Assembly: GCF_000315625.1 (NCBI RefSeq)
Contig: NW_005434598.1
Location: 353,647 to 409,867 of the forward strand
Source of the DNA: Guillardia theta CCMP2712
Taxonomy: Eukaryota > Protista > Cryptophyta
Length of the DNA: 56,221 nucleotides
Direction: 5' to 3'
Shown here: in pieces, positions 28,325-40,100 of the stretch
How the letters are laid out: each line of letters begins with the position of its first letter
How positions within the stretch are numbered: position 1 is the first letter of the stretch
Made by a program: the position numbers and the translations under genes
The notes under the pieces: generated by a model
The model's input: the letters and a program-made list of their open reading frames with translations, nothing else
What the model was told of the DNA's origin: nothing
The model's database searches: none

Positions 28325-30408
28325 CTAGTTGCCCTCCTCCTCCTTCTTCTTGTTTGACTTCTTCTTCTTCTTGATGGACTGTTTGAGGACCTCGATGAGC
28401 TCCTCGTCCTCCACTTGCTTGTCAGACTTCGCGTTCAGCTCAGGCAAGTCGGAGCCAGTGATCTTGACGGGCCCGTTGGCCATGAGGAGGACGCAGAACT
28501 TGATCTGAGCCACGATCTCTCCGTCCTTCTCGTACAAAACTGGGTGTGGCTGAAGCAGCTCGTGCCTCACGCACTCGGTGATACCAAGTCTGGTGCGCGT
28601 GTCATCGATCTCACGGAGAGAGAAGGGCATCTTAGGATGAGATTTCTCGATCTTGAACAAGGCCTGTTAACCATAATGTCAAGCCACACATTCACAAGGA
28701 GAAGCCTGACGCACCTCACGGGCAGTCTTCATCTTGAGGTTGTACTTGGCATCAGGTGCACGCTTAAACACAGTGCACTTGGTGTCAAGCTCTCTGCACT
28801 TGCCCTCGCCGGTAGAAACAACGACGTCGACGGCATAGGCCTCATTCTGCTCGAAGGTGCACTCTTCGATGTTGTGACCAGGCACGTTCTTGTTGGTGAT
28901 CACCTTGGTGCCGTCAGTGGTGAAGCGCTTAATCTGATGAGACACAACGCCGTCGACAGCATGGCAGCCGAAGGAAGCGACCGCCTTCTCCACCATGGAA
29001 GTGATGGCGTGGTTCTTGTTTCCTGGTTTCAACATGCGAATGATGACGTCTCCTGCAGTCTTGGCCGCCATGATGGCATCCGCAGCACGTCCGGTCACCT
29101 CAGTCTGTCCAACAACGATAGTGGTGGCGACGAGAGCGACGTAGCCATCGACATGAACGCCGAGATCGCTGTCAAAGTGTGAGAAGCTTGTCTAGAGGCG
29201 TCAAGGACTCACATCTTGGCAACGTCGCCTTCCTTGAGCTCGATGCTATCTTCCTTGAGAGGAGAGTAGTGGCCACAGCAGTTGTTCAAGGAGATGCAGG
29301 TGGGGAAGGCGATTCCCTTCTCGATCTTCTTCCCCTTGTACACCGAGGCGAGCTTCTCGTTGATGATGTTGTCACCAAGCTCGCAGAGCTCTGCGATGCT
29401 CTTGCCAGCCTTGCACTCGGCGGCAACAGCACGGATAGCCGCTGCAAGCATCATCAGATCTTCAGAGTGGCAAGATGCAAAGAATAGAGGTCAAGCATGG
29501 GGTGTGGGCAGAAATTTGAGAGTGACTGAGTAACTACCCACCATTTGCCGTGTTCCCAGCAAACTGGTACTTGTTCAGGACATCCGGGTGGCTGCAAGAA
29601 AGAGGTGATGAGATGGGCCAGAATTCACAAGGAGAGAGGAAAAGAGGCGTTCACACCTGCAGTCGAGCTCCTCTTCCTCCTCCTCCTTCTCGGTGTCGAC
29701 CTTCTTGTCCTCTGCATCCAGAATATTAGGCCACATCAGTTCAAGGCATCGGTAGGAGCAAGGAGGGCGTGGGGATGGCGAGAACATGGAGAGTGCTGAT
29801 AGAATACGACACAACATAAAGCGGTATTGCAGAAGATGAGAGTATGGCAGAACAGATCCCATCGTTCTGTAGTAGTCTAAGCGCTGTAACCTGTCCTGAC
29901 CTGCTGTTCAAGGGCAACAGCTGTTACACCGGCTTCCCGTATCACTCAGATATCTCTAGCATGAATCCTTCTCTCACAACTTGCATCCAAGTCTCATGAC
30001 ATCACTGAAATCTTGATCTCAACCTCTACAAGACCTCCTCGTCTCTCCACCACCACTGCAACGTCATCAACAGATCATCACAGGGAAACTCTGCAACGTC
30101 GTCTCTCAAGCAAGGTTGAGATGAGTACAGGGGCTGATGGAGTAACTTTCAACTCTCTCAGCCTTCTCTCGTCCTCACTATCTCCTCCTTCACTTCCTCG
30201 TGCGTCGCCGTCACCAAACTTCCGTCCTTGTGACGCCTCACGAAACCCTGGAACCAGCAACGCAAGAGGCTGATGCGCATGGGATGGAGAAGAGCAATGC
30301 AGAGTCATGATGAGAGGAAGGATTTGAGCGGGAAGAGAGGGTTTGTGGCGCTGGTGAAGAGCGGGAGTGGGTAGCGGGAGGAGGAGGAGGCGACGAACCT
30401 TCCGACAT
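28325..30408 (-). CDS. PA2G4: Proliferation-associated protein 2G4 / Ebp1 (MetAP-fold, non-catalytic)
   Basis: ELCELGD..I, KGIAFPTCISLNNCCGHYSP, DLGVHVDGY, GVVSHQIKRF, EAYAVDVVVSTGEGK, ECVRHELLQPHPVLYEKDGE, and a Lys-rich C-terminus. The start micro-exon MSE at 30408 is inferred. Confidence 0.93.
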
Positions 30409-30449
30409 AGCGGCTGAGAGCTTCTCGCACGCGAGCGCCGAAAAAAACG

Positions 30450-30880
30450 AGTCGTGGATCACCCCTCCTTTTCCCTTGAAAAATCCGATTCCTGTGGGTA
30501 GGGTGTAGTACCCACCCTCCATTGTGTCTCCACAAAAATGTACAATCAGGGTGGGGTTAAAAGTCTACCCCACCTACAAAAATCCCCGGAACTAGGATGG
30601 TGGGGTGTATAACCCACCCCCGATCTCCATCACATTCTTAAGTGCAACAGGGGGTGAGTGTAGCACCTCTATTCAGTACCACAGAAATTCAGAAGGGGTG
30701 GACCAAATCACCCGTCCTTTTCCCACAGATTCTGTGGGGATCTGGGGGTAGTACACCACCTCTCGAATGATCAGATGTTGTACCCTACCCATCTTTTACT
30801 CAGGGACTCTCTGTACCCCTCCATACTCCTATTGATAGGTCAATCGGTCCAACAGGGGTATTCACCCCCACCCTACAACA
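30450..30880. repeat. Degenerate ~50-bp-period array of GGGGTG-N6-9-CACCCC palindromes upstream of PA2G4
   Basis: Cores at ~30500, 30552, 30602, 30651, 30695, 30744 and 30855. A secondary CCACARAAAT-like motif recurs. Confidence 0.6.
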
Positions 30881-31176
30881 CGAAATTTCAATTATTTTGT
30901 ACACTGGCAAGTTTGTTGGGAAATTTTGATATTCCGTTCTAAAATTTCAAGGTTAGAATCTTAGAATATTTGCTCCCGAAATAGAACATTTTCTGAAATA
31001 ATTTTCATTTAGCTATTTCTTTTTCTTTCAGCTAATTATGTTTCTCCCCGAAAATGCAGTGCGCAGTACGACCAGCTAGGAATGGAGGGAGAGAAGCAGG
31101 AAGATAACAAGAAGGATGCACTTGCTAAATGGAGAGCAAATTCTTCATTGACAAACCTTTGAATATTCGATTCTGA

Positions 31177-33035
31177 TCAGATGAAGAGCAAAGCTGACAT
31201 TCGCTTCCGCCCCTGCACGCAATCACAATCAGAGGTGTACACCGGCGATATTGAAAACCTCAATGACGTCAGGATGAGCATGACCCAGCGTGTCGAAGAA
31301 CCTTGCAAACAAAATCACAGAGCAACATGTGAAATTCAGGGACTCACTTGAAAAGAAGCTTTCTGCCATTACCTTCCGATTTGTTTTTGTCCTTCTTGAA
31401 AATCTTATCGCAAAAGGTCAGTGGAGCTTCAGAACAAATTTAACATCAAGACAACATGTAGAGCATGCTCGATTGCCTCAGCATAGTCCTAGATGATAAA
31501 AAAAATATCAGCAATCCTCGCGGCAAACAATTCTTCCCGACCTGATGACTGAACAGCAGGACTAGTGGTATGTCAGTAACTATCTTAGTCATCGATGTAG
31601 ACTGACCTGCAAGCTTCTCTCTTGCTTCCATGTCATCAGGCTGTAATATCAGGTCAACTTGGTTACTCATGATTCTCCAGGTTCATTCACATTGTTGGCT
31701 ACAAGCGCCTGGAACTCTTCAACTGACCCTCCCATCTTGCGCGCCTTTTGTCGCACGTCAGTCATCATCAAGGAACCTCCGAGTCCCTCCGTACCTCGAT
31801 TGACATGTTGACTCCTGTGACTGCCTGCTTCACCATCCGGTTCTCTAGCCTGCGGCAACTTTGAGGGCCCGGAAGGGAGTACGACGGTCGAACCAAGCCG
31901 AGTACTTGTCGTTGAGTTGTTCAACCAGCGAGGCCGCACCGCCTGATGCTTCTTCACTGGCACGCGTGCAGCACACACACACCCTTACTCGGGTCCTCCA
32001 GAGCCAACGCGCACATCGCCAACCCTGCGAGTCAGTCACGGGGACAAGCTGGACACGTACCACACTCGCCTGCAACGCACATAGCTCCATTCTCACTTCC
32101 TTCCTCCTCCTGCAGCCACTCAGCCTTCCCAAAGGATACGGAAGATACACAGACCTGCTGCAAAACATCCTTATACACTTCTAAGGCACCCACAAATTCG
32201 CCCTTGCTATACATCTTTGATTCGGTCCTTGTGTCAGACGAGATCTAGCTCGCAAACGAACCATCAGGACCTCATTTCCCATCTTGATCCTTTCCAAAAC
32301 TGAAACTTTTGTTTGGGCGCCTGAAAATATCTTTCACTTTCATTCGTTTTTCCAAAGGCATTGCTAACCAGCAAGTTTTGATAGCAGCTCGTTTACTTTT
32401 TCTGGACTCATATCGCCAGTGATCTGATTTGACGTGTTGGATTGAAAAATCTTTGAAAAGCGATTTCAGATACCTTGTCTGAAACTCGTTGGTTGCTGAA
32501 AACAAGAACTGTTGGAACAACTTCCAGCTGCATCGGAAAGCTTAGAGGATTTGCTGCCCATCATTTGCAAGTACTCTGAAAGCATCGATGAGCTCCCGGT
32601 TGGCTTCAACGTCGACGCGAGCCAGCTTGAGGGAAGGATATGACTTTATAGCTGACTCAAGCCTTGAGACAACGGCCTGTGTGAAAAATACGAATGACGA
32701 CTCATTCTGAGCATCGCAGGAAACTCACAGTCGAGATCTGATCTCCTGGCATATAACAAGCGATCACGAACGTGACCTTCTCTGCAAATACCTAGGGTTT
32801 GCGAATCAACTTCCGACCTTCCATCTCCAACCTCTGGTACCGTTTGGAAATTCTGCACTGTGACATCAACAACATTGCTTGGAGAGCTCTCAGTAGACAT
32901 AGATCGCTTCATGACTGTCATCGAGGCAGCACGTGACATGCCGCAGGAGATCTTCATTCTGTGAGCTTCAGAGGCTGCGACTGCTTGCGCTGACTGCAAT
33001 CGGCATCCAGCTGCCCTTAAGGCAATTGCTGCCAT
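31177..33035 (-). CDS. CnoX/YbbN-like thioredoxin + TPR chaperone, probably mitochondrial
   Basis: Arg/Ser-rich presequence, then NVVDVTVQNFQT, LKLARVDVEANRELIDAFR, VPTV (cis-Pro loop), TPR-like helices (ALEVYKDVLQ, QPDDMEAREKLA), and C-terminal GRKRMSALLFI* resembling the CnoX terminal helix. Confidence 0.75.
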
Positions 33036-33357
33036 ATTCGGCGCGTGCCGTTGGTTGAGAGTTGCCCTGCATACCGCAGCAAGTTGCCTCGTCCTCTGCA
33101 TTTCTTCCAGCAAGAACACCCTCGTACCTGAGACAAGAACGCATCAACACCATTGTAGTAGAACATCCCGCCATACAAGTTCTTTCCCTTTTTCTTCCTG
33201 TGCCCCTTCTTTCTCTTCCTCACCGTCCTAAATTCTTTCACTCCCTCCCTCCCTCCCTCCACAAATCCATCGCTGAATCCCATCGATACGTCCATATGTA
33301 ATGAGTCCTTCATCCTGCAAAAAAGTCTCCTTCATCCACTCACTAAAAGCCAAACCA

Positions 33358-33500
33358 TCTGCCTCCTGCCTCCTGCCTCCTGCCTCCTGCCTCCTGCCTC
33401 CTGCCTCCTGCCTCCTGCCTCCTGCCTCCTGCCTCCTGCCTCCTGCCTCCTGCCTCCTGCCTCCTGCCTCCTGCCTCCTGCCTCCTGCCTCCTGCCTCCT
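33358..33500. repeat. 7-bp tandem repeat (GCCTCCT) x ~20
   Basis: Directly visible. Confidence 0.95.
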
Positions 33501-33962
33501 CCCTCCCCCTCTTGTTCTTTCATTTTTCTTTGTGTCCCTCTTCTGCCTCATGTTCTTTTCGATCCTTCTGATGGAACATTATTATTTGAAATTACACCTG
33601 ATATTTTGAAATGTGAACAGAGCCTTCCTCAGTAAATTTTCTAATACTTTTCTGAGGAATGTGAATATTTAAAAAATTTGTAAAGTTTGCGATGCACCGA
33701 AGGGAAAGCGGAGGAGGAAGAGAGGGATGGCGAGGGCGAGGGCGAGACAAGACAAGACAAGGATGGGGGAGGGTCGAGAGGACTGAGGGAGAGATGAAGG
33801 CAGGGAGAAGACGGGCGGTCAGGGTTAGGGTGGTTGATCGAGGGATAGAGGTTGTTGAATAGAGTGACAGAATCAGCATTGGAGCGAGCGAGCGAGCGAG
33901 AGAGAGAGAGAGGGAGACGCAGTTCAAGCACACACCAACGTGAGAGACGGTTCAAAACCAAG

Positions 33963-36900
33963 ATGAACCTGAGGGAAGAAGCAAAATGCAGAGCAGGAAG
34001 CAAGAGGCTTAACGACGTTGTTGCTGTGCAAATGAGAAACAACAGCATTCAAATGATGGTTTTGGATTCTTCTGGCAATTCTTTCCCATATATCGATCAT
34101 GACTACCGTCAAACGCCTGCTTCTTCTGCTTCTTCTGTGTCTTTGACGGAAAGCCAACAGGATGGAAGATGGATCTCCGAGTGCTGGCAGCAAGAGGAAA
34201 GCGGTGCACCTGATCCTTGTTTGTTTTCAACTCACGTAAATCAGGAGGAGCTGGGACAAAATGAATTTCCGTCGCCCGAGCTGGTACTGGAGAGCTCCCT
34301 TGGCCCTGCTCCCTCCCCCTTTCATCACCTTCTACACTCACTAGCTGGTGTCTCAGAAGAATGCATGGATCTCGTGCCCTCGTCTCGGCCAGCCCATCGC
34401 GCGAGGTGACATGTTCGAATGCTTGTGCTCGACCTCAAAGTCTCCAGCGCCCTTCCTTCCTTGCAAACCTCCGCTCAAGGGAGCAGCAACGGAGCTGTTG
34501 GACGAGGGGGACCGGCGAGTGATGGTCGTGCTCTTTTCCAGCTGACAACCATCTCCCTCAGATTCGATGGCGGCATGTTCATGCAGCGACAGATTGAAGC
34601 CAGCCGAGACGTTGGCATGGTGCCGCTACTTATCCCTCCCTTTCCTCCCTCCCTCCCTTTCCTCCCTTTCCTCCCTCCCTTTCCTCCCTCCCTCCATTCT
34701 GTCGCTTGCCGTGTGCTGTTCTCAGCTTCACTTTTCTTTTCTCACATCTCACGCTTCACCTTTAATCTTACAAGCTCCCAGGTCATCTCGCTACTTGACC
34801 CTCAGCGCGGAATTCCCATCCCACAAGCGCAGGTGCTGATTTGCAGAAGGAGGAGGAGGAGGAGGAGGAAGATCATGAGACGAGCAGGAATGGGATGACT
34901 GGGACGTCGAGTATGTCGAGATCACTCCGTGAGCTCTTCTACTTGATGACCAGGTTGAGGCTGATGAGTTCGTTCGCTTCGCCTCGTTTCCCGCAGCAAG
35001 AGTGCGCAGCAAGTTGCAGCTGATGTTCAGGTCTCCTGGTGTGAGATTTGTTCGGGGTAACGAGAGATGACAGAAGTCAGTCTCAGCTTTCTTGAAGAAA
35101 AGATCCAACAGCATGGTCGCCATCTTCTGGTGATTCGCTGCTCTCCCTCGTCCTCATCACGTTCCTCTATACCTCCCCTGCAAGGGGTTCTCTCTTTTCC
35201 TTCCCGTCCTCGGACCTTGTCAATGCTCACATGCGACGTGATAGCGAGGATGGCTGCAACCTTACGGGGTATGCCATCTGCGCCTACTTACATCAGGTGA
35301 ACTCGTGCTTCCCTCCTCCCTCAGCCCAACTCCTTGCCTCCCCTCCTCCTCCCTCAGCCCAACTCCTTGCCTCCCCTCCTCCTCCCTCAGCCCAATCTCT
35401 TGCCTCTCCTCCTCATCTCTCGTCGTTCAGGTCCTCGGGATGTCGGTAAAGGATGCACTCGCTGAGTTCGCCAAGTCGCGTCCTCCTGGCATATTCCACC
35501 ACCCGTGAGCTGCTGCTTCTCCTCTGCTGCTGCTTCATCCCTCCCCCCCTGTCTTCTCCCTCCCTCACATTTCTTCGCTACTCTCATCCACCCTCGTCCT
35601 TGCCTCAGTCTTGTCTCTTCCATCAGGTACATCCAGGACTTGTGGGATCGCTTTGCCAAGAAGGAGGATGGAGCATGTCCTCAGGTGAAGGAGAAGCCGT
35701 CCTGGGCATCAGATACGGTGAAGCTTCGAACGTTCCTCGATTCCGTCCCCGTCCCTTCCTCTTGCGTCATCCTCTTTCTCCATCCTCCTCTTTCTTCTCT
35801 TCATCTTCGTGCAAGGACTTCTGATCTCTCTGCCCCTGCTCCAGCAAGCTCCTGTGCTCCTCTTTCCTTTTGTCTTCCGTTGAGCGCTCGCAGATCTTTG
35901 TGGCTGCACACGGGGAGTTTGCTCTTCCTGTTATCAAGCCCATCGCGTCAGACTCCAAGACAGGAGAGGAGCCTCTTCCTGCAGGCTGGTCCAAGCACTG
36001 GAGCAAGACTCACAACAAACCGTAAAACTTCCCTCCCTCCCTCCCTCCCTTCCCTTCCCTCCCTCCCTCCCTTCCCTCCCTCCCTCCCCTCCCTCTCATC
36101 GCCTTCACGAGCAGCTACTACTTCAATCGCTCCACCGGCAAGCAGAGCTGGGAGCTTCCCAGCAACGGAGACGTCAAGCCACCAGGCAAGATAGGAGTCG
36201 CACACATCCTTATCAAGCACAAAGGCTCTCGGCGCACCTGTGAGTCCTGCCCTTTCCTAATTGATACTCCTCCTCCTACTCCTACTCCTACTCCTACTCT
36301 ACTCTACTCTACTCCTACTCCTACTCTACACTTACTCCTACTCCACTCCTACTCCTACTCCTCATCATTCCATCCTCAGATCTCTTCTTCCCCCCTCCTC
36401 TTCTCTCCATCTTTCACCCTCCTCTTCCTTCAGCTAAGTTTGTGCAGCATCATGGAAGGACAAGGATGGCAGCACGATAAAGCAGCGCTCGATTGAAGAC
36501 GCGAAGCTCATTCTGCAAGGCATCCGCGACCTGCTGATGCAGCAGACTGCCTCGAACCTCCGCAAGAAGTTTCACGAGATCGCCAAGTAAGCGGGATGAG
36601 GCGACGAGAGGAGAGGAGGAGAGCGGTTGGAGGAGGCGACGAGAGGAGAGGAGGAGAGCGGGTGGAGGAGGCGACGAGAGGAGAGGAGGAGAGCGGGTGG
36701 AGGAGGCGTCAAGTGAGGAGGGAACTCACACGAGGAGGTAGGAAGGAGTCGGACTGCTCTTCTGCTGCCAAGCATGGAGATCTCGGTCTGGTGGCCAAGG
36801 GATCCCTTCAGCCTGCCTTTGAAGCTGCTTACAGCACCCTCCAGGTCCCCCTCCCCCTCCATGTTTCTTTTCTTCTCGTTCTGACTTGCCTCACCCTCTG

Positions 36901-37019
36901 CTCGTCCCTTCCCCTCACCCTCTGCTCGTCCCTTCCCCTCACCCTCTGGTCAGGTCGGTCAGCTCTCCGACATCGTCGAGACTGACTCAGGAGTTCATCT
37001 CATCTTGCGCACTTCGTGA
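33963..37019 (+). CDS. Fusion protein: capping-enzyme-type RNA 5'-triphosphatase/DSP-like domain (degenerate P-loop) + WW + parvulin PPIase (Pin1-like)
   Basis: Spliced exons give WISCPRLGQPIA, FLPCKPPL, MVAIFCEDGCNLTGYAICAYLHQ, ALAEFAKSRPPGIFHHPYIQDLWDRF, KPSW. These are followed by LPAGWSKHWSKTHNK..YYFNRSTGKQSWELP (WW) and HILIKHKGSRR, SDCSSAAKHGDLG, LQPAFEAA, SDIVETDSGVHLILRTS* (parvulin). The start codon is uncertain. Confidence 0.8.
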
Positions 37020-37126
37020 CTAGCTTCATGACTTGATGTACATGCCCAATATTACACTCCTAACCGTTAACCTCCTCCTTGTTCACAACCACTACCTCTC
37101 ACTTCTTCATCCTCCCACCGAGGCTT

Positions 37127-40100
37127 TCAGTCGTTGGTGTCCATGTCGGACGTTCTTCTTCCTCCGCCTTCCTCCATCAGTTGCTTGAGCTCCTCTCCCG
37201 AGAACATTCTCACCAGATGCATCGGCACGAACTCCGTCAGCCCATCGAGCACGTCCCCGGTCTCTGCTATCCCCCACTCCTCCTCCTTCGCCTCGTGCTT
37301 TCTCTCCGCTTGTCCACCTTGATCAACCCCAGGCCCCTCTGGCCTGTCCTGCTGCTCCTCCGATTCTGCGCTTCTCTCACAGGCGAGTCTCGTGAAATTG
37401 CTCCAGAAGGAGGTCGGGAGGAGACGCCAAAGCAACCTGCCGTCGTACTCCGACCAGAGCTGGCGAGCGAGTGAGGGGGAGCGAGTGAAGGAGAGCGAGT
37501 GAAGGAGAGCGAGTGAAGGAGGAGTCAGACTCAGACAAGAGAAAGAACAAGAGGACAGGTGCACACAGGAGCACACAGGGGGAACGAATGCAACAGTCAA
37601 GGCAAGAGCATGCCCACAAATTCTTCTCACCATCGCCATGGCGAGCAGCCTGCCGAGAAACCTCCTCCTGCTCCATGTCGAAGTCTTGCCAGCAGCCGAA
37701 GCAAGAGAAATTATTTGTTTGCGCATCTCCAGACAAACAAGTTCTGAGAGGGAGGGAGGGGAGGAGACAAGAGAAGTTTGATGTCAGGTGAGAAACGCTG
37801 AAATTCTCGACTCACCGAACCACAGGGATGTAGGAGAAGTTTCAACATGCTGCTACATCAGTCAGGATAGTATCACTCCTCTCCCCTCCCCTCCCCTTCC
37901 CTCCCCTCCTCTTCCTGACCCATTCCTCTACGGTTCCTCCTGCTCTTCTTCGTCCTCAATTCCCCCCCCCCTTTCCTGCCTCGCTCGTCTGCTCTCTCTG
38001 GGTTCCTTCTTGACTCCCCCAATTACTTCAGTCTGCTCGCGTTGCTTGTCAGGAGGCTCCTCGAGGGTTACGGTCAATCCCCCGCTCCTCATGATCGCTG
38101 CTGCTTGCAACCCTCCCACCCGCTCCTCCGACTCCCTCAGCAAGTCATCTTCCACCCAAGGGATAGAAACCTGCGTCAAAGCCATCAGAAGGTCTCCTCC
38201 TGCTCCTCCTCCCTCCTGCTCCTCCTCCCTCCTGCTCCTCCTCCCTCCTGCTCCTCCTCCCTCCTGCTCCTTTGCTCTCTTAGCTCATCTCTTGTTCTGA
38301 CTCTCAGCTATCGCTTGCTCCTCCCTGCTTTCTTCTCCCTCCCTCCCTCCCTCCCTCACCAGCAGGCGTCGGTCAGCAGGACCAGCAGGGACTTGAGCAA
38401 AGGAGCCCTCGACCAGCACGCGAGCGCGAGAGACCAGGGAGGAGGCTGAGAGCATGCGACGAGCGGGGGCACGACGCGAGAGACTGAGAAGGAGAGAGAA
38501 GTGGAGGAGAGGAGAAACCCAAGAAAGCAGAGTTACAAGAGAGGCTAGAGGAAGAGCGAAAAGTCGAGAATAAACGCAAAGCGAGAGACAGAAATGCGGA
38601 AGGAGATAAAGAGGTGGGAGGCAACCATGCAGAGGAAAGTGGATGGAGGCAGGAGGTACTGCAAGAAAGGAAAGGAGGAGAACATCAACCTGGCAAGAGG
38701 GCGATAAGAAGCCGCAGCGTGAGCCGCCGAAAGGTCGAGAAGGCGCCTGAAGAGAATCAAGAAGACGACAGATAAAAGTAGACAAGACAAACGAAATCAC
38801 AACAAGACAAACGAAATCACAACAAAACAAACGAAATCACAACAAGACAAACGAAATCACAACAAAACAAACGAAATCACAACAAAACAAACGAAATCAC
38901 AACAGCGCCTTGACAAGGAGCTGAACCCTTACGACTTGTCCAAGAGCATTACCGTGTCACTTCTGTCAACTCCTCTTCGCACAGCCTTGTCACTTCTTCC
39001 TCGCTGTCAAGAACTACTCCAAGCAGATAGGCAGCGTCAAGCATGGAGGAGGTTGAGGAGGAGGTGAGAAACAAGTCGACAGCTGCTCTTGCAACCGAAG
39101 CCTGCGAGTTCACCAGCAGATCCCTGCTGCTTCTGACATCCTCCAGCACCCTTCCTAGCACCACAGCCGCGTCTCCTCTCGAGATTGACAAGCGTTGTCT
39201 CAGCTCCTCGCCAGCAGCGTCGTCGTCTGCTCGCGTCTCCTCGACTTGTCCTTCCGACTGCTTCATCCTCAAGAGAAGCCAATGCAGGATCCTCGTCAGG
39301 TGCCTGACCAGCAGAATCAACAAAAAGCTTCTTCTCCCCCTCCCCCTCTCCCTCTCCCTCTCCCCTCCCCCCTCTCTCCGTCTCCGTCTCCGTCTCCTCC
39401 CCTTCCTTTCACTTCACTCCTTCACGTGCTTCACCTACCGTCTGGCAGCATCGAGCACGAGGAGGCTTTGCAAGGCGACAGCAGCATCCTGTAGGGAAAC
39501 CAGTGAGAATGGCAAAGGAGGGAGAGGGGCTGGCGGGCCTGGTTTTCGTCATCGGAGGAAGCAAGCATGACAACAAGCCGGATCAGAATGCTCCCCAGCG
39601 AGAGTGAAGCTGCCAATCGCTGCATCCCTCCAGCAGAGCTGACGATACCCACCTGCTCCTCTGATCAGCCTCTCCTTCCCTCTTTCTTCCCTCTTCCCCT
39701 CTCACTCTTTCAACCTCCTCGTCTGGCTCACCATGGCTCCTGCTGCCTCGTCCGATCCTTCGGCTCCACTTCCATCACTTCTCGCTCCTCCCGTCCTCCC
39801 ATTTCCATCACCGACCAGCTGCTCCCTCACTTGCTCCAGCAGCCCATCGAACAGCTCTTTCCCCTTGGCCGCCTCCTCACTCACTTCCGGATGCGACAGC
39901 AGGACCACGATAGCGTACTGAGCTCGCGTCCTTGCTCTCTTTCCTTCCGCAATCCTTACCAGCTCTATCAGAATCTCTTCCATCCTCCCGGTGAGTAGCA
40001 GCGCCATCGCTGCGCTTCTCTTCATGCTGATTCTCGCCACAGTCTCCGCTGCCTTTGCCGCAACAGCCTCCTGGAAGGAGGACGAGGACGAGGCACCGGG

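Noticed and set aside
33821-33831. Telomeric repeat (AGGGTTAGGG)
   Set aside because: Fewer than two units, and interstitial.
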